Shown one piece after another: positions 6,558-15,783 of a stretch of 26,568 nt of DNA; the stretch's first letter is position 1, and the number at the start of each line of letters is the position of its first letter. The stretch is from a bacterium (lineage in GTDB: Bacteria > SZUA-182 > DTGQ01 > JAFGSM01). A model generated the notes under the pieces. That model ran no database searches and was not told the origin of the DNA. It saw only the letters and a list, made by a program, of their open reading frames with translations. The stretch covers positions 1 to 26,568 of the forward strand of contig JBLIRN010000039.1 in NCBI GenBank assembly GCA_049472315.1, written 5' to 3'. A program made the translations under genes and the position numbers.

Positions 6558-9500
6558 ATGTCATTCCTGGCCGATTTGCATATTCACTCCCACTTTTCCG
6601 TTGCCACGAGCAAGGATTGTGATCCCGAGCATCTTGTTCAATGGGCGTGTGTCAAGGGGATCACCCTGGTGGGCACCGGTGATTTCACCCATCCCGGATG
6701 GCGGGAGGAGTTGGGGCAGAAGCTCATTCCAGCGGAAGAAGGGCTTTACAAGCTCAAGCCGGAGCTTGAACAGGCCGTGCTCAGGGAGATCCCCGCCACC
6801 TGTCACCGGGCGGTACGCTTTGTCCTGTCCTCCGAGATAAGCTCGATCTACAAGAAGGGAAACAGGACCCGCAAGGTCCACAACTGTATCCTGGTTCCCT
6901 CCCTCGACGATGCCTGCGCCATCTCCGAGCGCCTCGAACAGATCGGCAATATTCGTTCGGACGGCAGGCCCATCCTCGGCCTGGACAGCCGCCTTCTCCT
7001 GGAGATCATGCTCGATGAGTGCCCGCAGGGCGTCTTCATCCCCGCCCATATCTGGACCCCGCATTTTTCCCTGTTCGGCGCCTATTCGGGATTCGATACC
7101 CTGGAGGAGTGCTTCGAGGATCTCTCCTGCCACATCCATGCCCTGGAAACCGGGCTTTCCTCCGATCCGGCCATGAACTGGCGTGTGTCCGCACTCGACC
7201 GGTATACGCTGGTGTCAAACTCAGATGCCCACTCCCCCAAAAACCTTGCACGCGAGGCCAACATCCTCGACTGCCCCCTCTCCTTCCCCGCGCTCCGTTC
7301 TGCCCTCAAAGACAAGGATAAGGGAGAGTTCCTGGGCACGGTGGAATTCTTCCCCCAGGAGGGGAAGTACCACTTCGACGGCCACCGGGGCTGCGGCGTG
7401 AGGATGGACCCCGAAGAGACCATCAGGGCCGGAGGGATCTGCCCGGTATGCGGGAAAAGGGTGACCCTGGGGGTCATGCACAGGGTCGTCGAGCTTGCAG
7501 ACCGGGAGTCCGGGTATCGACCGGAGGGGGCGCCCCCCTTCTTCAGCGTCATTCCCCTGCCCGAGATTCTTGCGGATTACCTCGGATGCGGTGCCGGCAC
7601 AAAGAGGGTACGGCAGGCATATTTCGGTCTCATCCACAAGCTGGGCCCGGAATGGGAGATCCTCACCAAGACCCCTGAGGATGAGCTCACCCGGCATGCG
7701 GGACCCTCCCTTGCCGGGGGCATCATCCGGGTGCGTTCCGGAGAGGTGACCATACGACCGGGTTTCGACGGGGAATACGGTACCATCGAGGTCTTCTCAC
7801 CAAGGGAACGGGAGTCCCAGAGGGGGCTCTTTGCTGCGCAGGCGGAACCGGGTATCGCGAACTGCGCCCGAAACGCACCGGAGGAAAAGCAGGGTGCCAT
7901 TCCGGGCCGGCGCGGCCGTCGGTCGTCATCCCCTTCCCTTTCCCATGATGCCCCGGGATCGGAAGGGAAATCTCCCCTTTCCCTTCTGAATGCGTCCCAG
8001 CGCGCCTGCGTGCAGTCCCCCTCAGGTCCCGTGCTGGTGATCGCCGGTCCCGGCACCGGCAAGACCAGGACACTCAGCCTGCGCATCCTGCACCTGGTCG
8101 GGGAGAAAGGGATCAGCCCGGCACGGATTGCAGCGATCACCTTTACCAACAAGGCGGCAAAGGAGATGGCGGACCGCCTCGATGCCCTCATGGGACATCC
8201 CCCGTCGCCTGAGCAACGACCGTTCATCGGCACCTTTCATAATCTCTGCCTGCACCTCCTGCGGCGGTTCGGAAATGCCCGGCATTCCATCCTTTTTCAC
8301 ACCTATGACAGCTTGGCCCTGATCGAACGGATCCTGAAAAAAAGGCAAACCGGAAAATCCCTGAAACCGGGCGAGTGCCTGCACGCGATCTCCCTTATCA
8401 AGACCGCGGACTGCGAAGGAAACAGTGCAACCGGATGCGATCCGCTCCTCCTCGACGTCCATGAGGAGTACCAGGCAGGACTCAAACGATACGGGGCGCT
8501 TGACTACGACGATCTTATTATCAACACCGTTCGCCTCCTCAGGGATGACGAGGAGACCGCAGCTCGAATCAGGTCCTGCTACACCCATATCCTGGTGGAT
8601 GAATTCCAGGACGTGAACCCGGTACAGTATGCCCTCGTCATCCTGCTGGCGGAGAAGGGGGGTGAAAACCTCTTTCTGATCGGGGATCCCAACCAGGCGA
8701 TCTACGGATTCCGCGGCGCGGATAACAGACTCTTTTTTCGCATACAGGAGGAATTCCCCACGGTGCGGATCCTCTCGCTCGAGGAAAACTATCGATCCAC
8801 CACTCCGATCATCGAATCGGCATTGCACGTCATACGCCGTAATCCCCAACCGCTCCCGGTCAGGCTCACCTCCGCTCGCGGGGAGGGACCCTGTATAAGA
8901 ATCCTTTCGCTTCCCTCGGAAAAGGCGGAAGGCATCGCCGTGGCCAAGGAGATAAGCAGCCTGATGGGAGGGATCGATATGCTCCAGGCCCACGGGGAGA
9001 CAGGCCCATCGGCACGCCCTTCCATCTTTGGGACACCGGAGGGCTATGGTTTTTCCGATTTTGCCGTACTCACCAGAACGGGGAATCAGGCCGATGTCCT
9101 GGAGGAGTGTCTCATGAAGGAGGGCATCCCCTATCGGGTGGCAGGCAATCAGGATATCCTGGAAACCCCTCTGGTCAGACAGGTGCTCGCCCTTCTTCGC
9201 TGGTGCCACAATCCCCTGGACGAACACTCCTTCCTCCAGGCCATCGATCTTCCGGTCATCCCGCTGGGTAAGGGGGAAAAGAGGGCGATCATCGAGAACC
9301 TTCCGAAGGAGATTGCCCAGGGAAGCGGCACCGAGGATTCCTCGTCATTTCGGTCCCTCATCGATTTCCTCACGGGAAGGGGGATGGAGCGGACGGCCGA
9401 GGCACTATCCCGCTACCATTGTATGGCCGAAGGGGAATCCCCCGCGGGATTCGTCAATCAGATCATAGCCGGGCTCGCATCGCATGAGGAATGCACCCCC

Positions 9501-9956
9501 CATGCGCGGGACCTCCGGAGGCTCGGCCTCCTTGCGGAGGAATTCCCGGACGTCCCATCATTCCTGGAAGGGGCCACCCTGCATCGGGAAGGGGATATCT
9601 CATGGCGAGGCATCGGGGGAAGGAGGGACAGCGAGATGGTGAATCTGATGACCCTCCATGCCGCCAAGGGACTGGAATTCCCGGTTGTTTTCGTCTGCGG
9701 CTGCGAAGAGGGACTGCTCCCCTACCGCCATCGCACACGGCCCGCCCCCCTGGATGAAGAGCGGAGGCTCTTTTACGTGGGTATGACACGGGCAAAGGAT
9801 CGCCTCTACCTGTCCTGGTGCGCACATCGCATTGGCAGGGCTGACGCCGGGGCATCATCCTTCCTCGCGGATATTCCCGAGGCACTTTTTGAAAGGGACA
9901 TCTACTCACCCGGACCTTCCAAAAGGCCCGCAGTCCGGCAACTGGGATTGTGGTGA
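6558..9956 (+). CDS. Endonuclease Q (PHP + Zn-finger) fused to a UvrD/PcrA SF1A helicase
   Basis: EndoQ motifs DLHIHS, GTGD, HIWTP, ETGLSSD, SNSDAHS, GKYH..GHRGC..CPVC; helicase motifs AGPGTGKT, TFTNKAA, DEFQD, GDPNQAIYGFRGA, ENYRS, TLHAAKGLEF, EERRLFYVGMTRA; start at ATG 6558, downstream of the promoter. Confidence 0.92.
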   Translation: MSFLADLHIHSHFSVATSKDCDPEHLVQWACVKGITLVGTGDFTHPGWREELGQKLIPAEEGLYKLKPELEQAVLREIPATCHRAVRFVLSSEISSIYKKGNRTRKVHNCILVPSLDDACAISERLEQIGNIRSDGRPILGLDSRLLLEIMLDECPQGVFIPAHIWTPHFSLFGAYSGFDTLEECFEDLSCHIHALETGLSSDPAMNWRVSALDRYTLVSNSDAHSPKNLAREANILDCPLSFPALRSALKDKDKGEFLGTVEFFPQEGKYHFDGHRGCGVRMDPEETIRAGGICPVCGKRVTLGVMHRVVELADRESGYRPEGAPPFFSVIPLPEILADYLGCGAGTKRVRQAYFGLIHKLGPEWEILTKTPEDELTRHAGPSLAGGIIRVRSGEVTIRPGFDGEYGTIEVFSPRERESQRGLFAAQAEPGIANCARNAPEEKQGAIPGRRGRRSSSPSLSHDAPGSEGKSPLSLLNASQRACVQSPSGPVLVIAGPGTGKTRTLSLRILHLVGEKGISPARIAAITFTNKAAKEMADRLDALMGHPPSPEQRPFIGTFHNLCLHLLRRFGNARHSILFHTYDSLALIERILKKRQTGKSLKPGECLHAISLIKTADCEGNSATGCDPLLLDVHEEYQAGLKRYGALDYDDLIINTVRLLRDDEETAARIRSCYTHILVDEFQDVNPVQYALVILLAEKGGENLFLIGDPNQAIYGFRGADNRLFFRIQEEFPTVRILSLEENYRSTTPIIESALHVIRRNPQPLPVRLTSARGEGPCIRILSLPSEKAEGIAVAKEISSLMGGIDMLQAHGETGPSARPSIFGTPEGYGFSDFAVLTRTGNQADVLEECLMKEGIPYRVAGNQDILETPLVRQVLALLRWCHNPLDEHSFLQAIDLPVIPLGKGEKRAIIENLPKEIAQGSGTEDSSSFRSLIDFLTGRGMERTAEALSRYHCMAEGESPAGFVNQIIAGLASHEECTPHARDLRRLGLLAEEFPDVPSFLEGATLHREGDISWRGIGGRRDSEMVNLMTLHAAKGLEFPVVFVCGCEEGLLPYRHRTRPAPLDEERRLFYVGMTRAKDRLYLSWCAHRIGRADAGASSFLADIPEALFERDIYSPGPSKRPAVRQLGLW

Positions 9957-9980
9957 ACGGGAGTGAATTGACACAACATT

Positions 9981-10004
9981 AGGCACTGCTTCAAAAAAGT
10001 GCCT
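9981..10004. terminator. Hairpin after the helicase gene (possible weak terminator or operator)
   Basis: AGGCACT-10 nt-AGTGCCT; no U-tract. Confidence 0.3.
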
Positions 10005-10012
10005 CAACTATA

Positions 10013-10041
10013 TTGACATCGATTTCCTTTCATACTATACT
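10013..10041 (+). promoter_or_regulatory. Putative sigma70 promoter of the ArsR gene
   Basis: TTGACA-17 bp-TATACT. Confidence 0.7.
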
Positions 10042-10100
10042 TTTTACTTCTTGATTGTTATTTGGGATCTTTTTTATATCTTATCGAAACATAATTTGCC

Positions 10101-10403
10101 ATGGAAGAGATGAGGAAGATAAACGAGCATGCAGAGAACCTGGCTCGCTGTCTGAAGGCCATGGCCCATCCTCTGCGTCTGAATATTATCCTCTTTCTGG
10201 ACAATCAGGAAAGGAGCGTGGGAGAAATCGAGAACTCTGTGGGCAGTTCTCAGTCAAATATCTCTCAACACCTTGGAATCATGCGGGACAAAAACATTCT
10301 GGTTTCACGAAAGGAAGGGAACCAGATCTTTTACTCGCTCAAGGACAACAGAATACTTCCCCTCCTCAAAGAGATCTGTCAGATCCTGATACAGAACCGC
10401 TGA
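10101..10403 (+). CDS. ArsR/SmtB-family transcriptional regulator
   Basis: LKAMAHPLRLNII, SVGEI, SQSNISQHLGIMR and RKEGNQIFYSL winged-HTH motifs. Confidence 0.92.
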   Translation: MEEMRKINEHAENLARCLKAMAHPLRLNIILFLDNQERSVGEIENSVGSSQSNISQHLGIMRDKNILVSRKEGNQIFYSLKDNRILPLLKEICQILIQNR

Positions 10404-10412
10404 ACCGTACGA

Positions 10413-10601
10413 TCACTCCTCGATACGTATCGCCGCAACAGGGCATATTTCCTCGGCCTCCCGGCAGCAATCCCTCAGACTATCCGGAACCTCATCCACG
10501 AGCACGATGGCCTTATCGTCGTTCAACTTGAATATATCGGGACACACCTCTTCACACTGACCACACCCAAGGCAGGATTCTTCATCGATAACGGCAATCA
10601 T
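10413..10601 (-). CDS. Monocluster [4Fe-4S]/[3Fe-4S] ferredoxin, 62 aa
   Basis: CLGCGQC...EICPVAAI; acidic; ATG at 10601 with a GGAGGT RBS; ATGA overlap with the upstream gene. Confidence 0.92.
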   Translation of the reverse strand: MIAVIDEESCLGCGQCEEVCPDIFKLNDDKAIVLVDEVPDSLRDCCREAEEICPVAAIRIEE

Positions 10602-10993
10602 TGCTTTACCTCCTTGCTCGCCATCCTGGTGATTTTCACGATTTCCCTTTCTTCGACGTTCCCGAGTTCCTCCGGGTCCCCAAGGATCTCCCCAATGACA
10701 TTCACCGGCGAGGCTGGGACGATCTCCTCTCCCTTGCTGAGAGGAGTAGGCCCGAAGAAGACGCATATGGCCCTTCCCCTCGGCCAATAGCACACATGCC
10801 CCCTCGCAATATCCGTTGTAGCGCTTTGCTCCAGACTTGCAACCACCGGGGTCTCGAAGTAGATCTCATTACCCCAGAGATTCACCACCGATTCGATGGG
10901 AAGGCTTTCCCAGATCGCCTTTGCGGTGGGACTATCATTCAGTGCAGCCTCTATCGACAGAGAACCGAATTGAAAAAGGATCCTATTGCCCAT
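10598..10993 (-). CDS. Cyclophilin-like fold protein (DUF369/TM1367 type)
   Basis: TAKAIWESLPI, WGNEIYF, YWPRGRAICVFFGPTP, PASPVNVIG. Confidence 0.85.
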   Translation of the reverse strand: MGNRILFQFGSLSIEAALNDSPTAKAIWESLPIESVVNLWGNEIYFETPVVASLEQSATTDIARGHVCYWPRGRAICVFFGPTPLSKGEEIVPASPVNVIGEILGDPEELGNVEEREIVKITRMASKEVKQ

Positions 10994-11204
10994 ACCCCCA
11001 ACCTCAGATTAATGAAATACCTTTACATGTGATGAATAGACCCTCGACCTTGATGAATAGCCCTTTCACCACTGATCACTAAAACTCCCCGCCTTCATCG
11101 AATTCAGGGAAACCCATCAGGGGCATCATCAAGTTGACGACGTGCCCTCTGTTTTAAATAAGTCTTTAAAAATAAATACATACAAGTTAATCGAAATTTT
11201 TCCT

Positions 11205-11233
11205 TTTATAGCACTTCTCCATTTATTTGTCAA
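11205..11233 (-). promoter_or_regulatory. Putative sigma70 promoter of the cyclophilin-like/ferredoxin pair
   Basis: Minus strand TTGACA-17 bp-TATAAA with an extended -10 TG. Confidence 0.7.
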
Positions 11234-11412
11234 TTGCAAAACCCCGCTTAATCCCCCCTTATTCCGGGAGGGAATGAGGTGACCGGAGATGCATATCCGC
11301 CAACACCCATGATCCTTCAATCACAATAGGGGATGATTTTTTTAAAAAAAATAATTCATTAAAAAATTTCATATTAAAAACAATGCAAGGGCACAATCAA
11401 CAATGCCGGGTC

Positions 11413-11441
11413 TTGAAAAAATCGGACGGATTGGCTATAGT
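11413..11441 (+). promoter_or_regulatory. Putative sigma70 promoter of the moxR-bat operon
   Basis: TTGAAA-17 bp-TATAGT, downstream of an AT-rich UP-like tract. Confidence 0.5.
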
Positions 11442-11790
11442 GAATGCTTGCAAAACCGCTATGGTATAGATCAAATGTATTGCGCCTTCTCTCCAGTCTC
11501 ATTGATGGTGACAACTGAACATGGTCATCGTTCGTGTGACAGAGCACCACAGCGGTGTCCCCTGTGCAGGGGCCAATGTCGCTGTCTTGTTCCCCTTTGT
11601 CCCTTTTCGGGACTGCCTTATTGTTCAAAAAACCATAACGAGATATGACACAGCGTGTCCGGGATCATGGGTGGAGTGCCTATGATGCATGCAGCAATTC
11701 GCTTTCGACCTCCATGATCCCTCGATCACGACGAGGAATGAAGGTGTATAGAAACAGAAACCAGGTTGAAAATTCTCATGTAAAGAACAA

Positions 11791-12789
<999 letters not shown>

Positions 12790-12791
12790 TC

Positions 12792-13676
12792 GTGCTCGAT
12801 CCCTCATTGCTTCAAAGAATTGCCCGGATTCATATCCATACGAGCCACCTGGTCACCGATGTCATGGCCGGTGAGTACGAGAGCGCCTTTCGGGGCAGGG
12901 GTATGGAGTTCGAGGAGGTGCGCGAATACCAGGCGGGCGACGACATCCGGGACATCGACTGGAACGTCACCGCACGCATGGGCCATCCCTATGTAAAGCT
13001 CTACCACGAGGAGCGCGAGCTCACCATCCTGCTCATGGTGGATGTGAGCGCCTCCGGCCAGTTCGGCACGGTCAAGTCCCTGAAAACGGAGGTGTGCGCG
13101 GAGATCGCGGCCCTGCTTGCCTATACGGCGATCAAAAACAATGACAAGGTGGGCCTCGTCATCTTCAGCGATACGGTCGAACGGTACATCCCCCCCAAAA
13201 AGGGGCGGGGCCATGTATGGATGGTCATCCGTGAGGTCTTGCAGCACCGGCCTCAAAGGGGGCGCACGGACATCGGCCAGGCACTGGAATTCATATCGAA
13301 GGTGACCCGTCGGCGTGCCGTCTGCTTCCTGATCTCGGATTTTCAGGCGGAGGGGTACGAACGGCCCCTGCGCCTGGCTGCAAAACGGCACGACCTCATC
13401 ACCATCGCCGTCACCGATCCGCGGGAGCTCGATCTGCCCAAGATCGGCTTCATCGAGATGGAGGACGCGGAGACCGGGGAGACCATCCTCATCGACACCC
13501 ATGACCCGCATATACGCTCCGGGTTCCGGGCACTGGGAGAAAAGGAGGCCCAGGCGCGAAGGGCCCTCTTCCACTCCATGGGAATCGACCATGTCGAGAT
13601 CATGATCGGCGAATCGGACGACTTCTATATCAATCCCATACTCAAGCTCTTCCGTATGCGGGAAAAGAAACGGTAG
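12792..13676 (+). CDS. DUF58 (VWA-like) protein
   Basis: GRGMEFEEVREYQAGDDIRDIDWNVTAR, VDVSASG, NDKVGL, LISDF. Confidence 0.93.
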   Translation: MLDPSLLQRIARIHIHTSHLVTDVMAGEYESAFRGRGMEFEEVREYQAGDDIRDIDWNVTARMGHPYVKLYHEERELTILLMVDVSASGQFGTVKSLKTEVCAEIAALLAYTAIKNNDKVGLVIFSDTVERYIPPKKGRGHVWMVIREVLQHRPQRGRTDIGQALEFISKVTRRRAVCFLISDFQAEGYERPLRLAAKRHDLITIAVTDPRELDLPKIGFIEMEDAETGETILIDTHDPHIRSGFRALGEKEAQARRALFHSMGIDHVEIMIGESDDFYINPILKLFRMREKKR

Positions 13677-13677
13677 C

Positions 13678-14703
13678 ATGCGCATGAAACCCTGTGTCGG
13701 ACAATACGCCGTCCCCTGCGCCTTCATGGCACGCGCGGTGAAGGCCTGCCTCGTTTGTGTCTGCCTCGCCATCATTGTCACTGGTTGCGGCCCGGCGGAA
13801 AAGGGGGGCAACGAGCAGCATATCCTGAAGGCTCGGCCCGTGGAGGTGGAATCCGCAGTCGACCGCTCCACCATCACCGTGGGGGAGAGTACAACCTATA
13901 CGTTGATCGTGAGGGCGATCGCAGGCATCACCCCGCGCATCCCGGAGATGGACGCGGAAATCCCCGGCCTCAGGATCGTTGACATGGGCGCAGACGGACC
14001 GCAGGAGGAGGATGGAAAACGGGTGTGGAAAAAGTGGTATACATTTCAGGCGGACACTGCCGGCTCCTGCATCATCCCACCTGCGGTGGTCACCTATCAG
14101 GACCCGAACGGAGGCGAGGAAGAGGTCCGGGCATCCCGGATCTTCATCGAGGTGGTTGCGGGCACCGCATCCGAGAGGGAGTCCGATGATATTCGCGACA
14201 TAAAACCGCCCGAGCCCATGGGAACCCCCCTCGTGCTCCTGTACATCCTGATAGGGCTTGCGGTGTGCGCGATCATCATCGGATTGATCGCTCTCCGGCG
14301 CTTCCTGCGCTCAAAAAATAAAAGGGAGACCGTTATCCCTCCCACCCCCGACGAGGTGGCGCTCCGGGAGATGGAACGGCTCAAGGCATCGCACCACCTC
14401 GACCGGAACGACTACCGTTCCTTCTATTTCGAGCTCTCCGGGATACTCAGGGGATACATGGAGAAGCGGTTCGGGCTCCCGGCGCAGGAGAGCACCACCG
14501 AGGAGTTGATCCCCCGGATCGAGGCAATGGAATTGACCAGGGCGCAGAAGGACACCGTCCGTATCCTCTCCTCGGGTGAGGACCTGGTGAAGTTTGCCCA
14601 ACATACGCCCACCAGGGAAAAGGCGATGGAGGACTGGGAAGAGACCCGCAGATTCATCATGGAAACAACCGTGAAACCGGATTCGACCGGGGGGAGTGCA
14701 TGA
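13678..14703 (+). CDS. Bat-operon membrane protein (BatD-like N-terminal domain, TM, DUF4381-like tail); possible lipoprotein
   Basis: Lipobox-like IIVTG-C; VDRSTITVGE; DIRDIKPP followed by a TM helix; ILRGYMEKRFG..AQESTTEE; DLVKFA; exact start uncertain. Confidence 0.75.
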   Translation: MRMKPCVGQYAVPCAFMARAVKACLVCVCLAIIVTGCGPAEKGGNEQHILKARPVEVESAVDRSTITVGESTTYTLIVRAIAGITPRIPEMDAEIPGLRIVDMGADGPQEEDGKRVWKKWYTFQADTAGSCIIPPAVVTYQDPNGGEEEVRASRIFIEVVAGTASERESDDIRDIKPPEPMGTPLVLLYILIGLAVCAIIIGLIALRRFLRSKNKRETVIPPTPDEVALREMERLKASHHLDRNDYRSFYFELSGILRGYMEKRFGLPAQESTTEELIPRIEAMELTRAQKDTVRILSSGEDLVKFAQHTPTREKAMEDWEETRRFIMETTVKPDSTGGSA

Positions 14704-15716
14704 TGCATCGCCTGTTACGATTCGAGGACCCGTGGGTGCTCATCCTCCTGTGCGTTATACCCATCCTGATCTATGCATACATCAAGGGATTCGGCCATGC
14801 ACGGGTCCGCTTCTCATCCATACGATCCCTTACGCAACTCAGGCCCTCCCGTTCCCTCTATCTCCGCCACGGCCTGATCGGGCTGCGGTGTCTGTGCCTG
14901 GGGCTCATCATCGTCGCCATGGCACGGCCCCAACTGGGGAACAAGCAGACCGAATATACGAGTGAAGGGATCGATATCATCCTGTGCATCGACACCTCCG
15001 GAAGCATGAGGGCGCTCGATTTCAGCATTGAAGGCACACGGGTCGATCGGTTGACCGCAGTCAAGGAGGTGGTGAAGGGATTCATCCAGGCCCGGAAAAG
15101 CGACCGGATCGGTATGGTGGTCTTCGGCGAGCAGGCGTTTACCCAGTGTCCCCTCACCCTGGACTACGGCGTGCTCCTCAGCTTTCTCGACCGGGTGACC
15201 ATCGGCATGGCGGGGGAGGATAAAACCGCCATAGGGGATGCCATCGCCATAGGGGTAAAGAGGCTCAAGGCATTGGAAAAGGCGAAATCCCGGGTGATGA
15301 TCCTCCTGACCGACGGCAGAAACAATGCAGGAAGGATCGATCCCCGGACAGCGGCAATGGTCGCGCAGGAATTCGGGGTGCGGATCTATACCATCGGGGC
15401 GGGCACCGAGGGTGAGGCCCCCTTCCTGGTGGACCACCCCCTGTTTGGCAAACAGTATGTATACCAGCGGGTCGACCTCGACGAGGATACCCTGCAGGAG
15501 ATCGCGCGGATCACCGAGGGGCACTACTTCAGGGCACAGGATGCCAAGGCCCTCGAACAGGTCTACGACCAGATCGATCGGCTCGAGAAGACCGAGGTAA
15601 AGGTCAAGGAATACATGGAGTACAACGAGCTGTTCTGGTGGTTTCTGATCCCTGCGCTCCTCCTCCTGGTGACAGAGGTCGTACTCTCGCAGACCAGGTT
15701 CAGGAAGATACCGTGA
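14700..15716 (+). CDS. batA: BatA, membrane-anchored VWA protein
   Basis: FEDPW..L N-terminal TM helices, MARPQ, MIDAS DTSGSM, DRIGMVVF, TAIGDA, LLTDGRNN, C-terminal TM. Confidence 0.92.
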   Translation: MMHRLLRFEDPWVLILLCVIPILIYAYIKGFGHARVRFSSIRSLTQLRPSRSLYLRHGLIGLRCLCLGLIIVAMARPQLGNKQTEYTSEGIDIILCIDTSGSMRALDFSIEGTRVDRLTAVKEVVKGFIQARKSDRIGMVVFGEQAFTQCPLTLDYGVLLSFLDRVTIGMAGEDKTAIGDAIAIGVKRLKALEKAKSRVMILLTDGRNNAGRIDPRTAAMVAQEFGVRIYTIGAGTEGEAPFLVDHPLFGKQYVYQRVDLDEDTLQEIARITEGHYFRAQDAKALEQVYDQIDRLEKTEVKVKEYMEYNELFWWFLIPALLLLVTEVVLSQTRFRKIP

Positions 15717-15719
15717 CAG

Positions 15720-15753
15720 TATGAGGCATTGTATATGAGGCATTTGATATGAA
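15720..15753. repeat. 14-bp-period short tandem repeat between batA and batB
   Basis: TATGAGGCATTGTA / TATGAGGCATTTGA / TATGAA. Confidence 0.6.
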
Positions 15754-15783
15754 TCACGCAGGGGACATGAGGATGGAACGATC

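Noticed and set aside
8022..9227. 401-aa antisense ORF and other small ORFs inside the helicase gene
   Set aside because: Shadow frames typical of GC-rich coding DNA.
10602..10793. N-terminal extension of the ferredoxin
   Set aside because: It overlaps the cyclophilin-like gene, and there is a strong RBS at the 10601 start.
11403..11648. 81-aa Cys-rich ORF
   Set aside because: Its start overlaps the predicted promoter, it has no clear RBS and no recognisable metal-binding pattern. A shorter leader peptide cannot be excluded without ribosome profiling.
11000..11790. Known riboswitch, 6S, SRP or tRNA gene
   Set aside because: No diagnostic consensus was recognised by eye; an Infernal search is needed.
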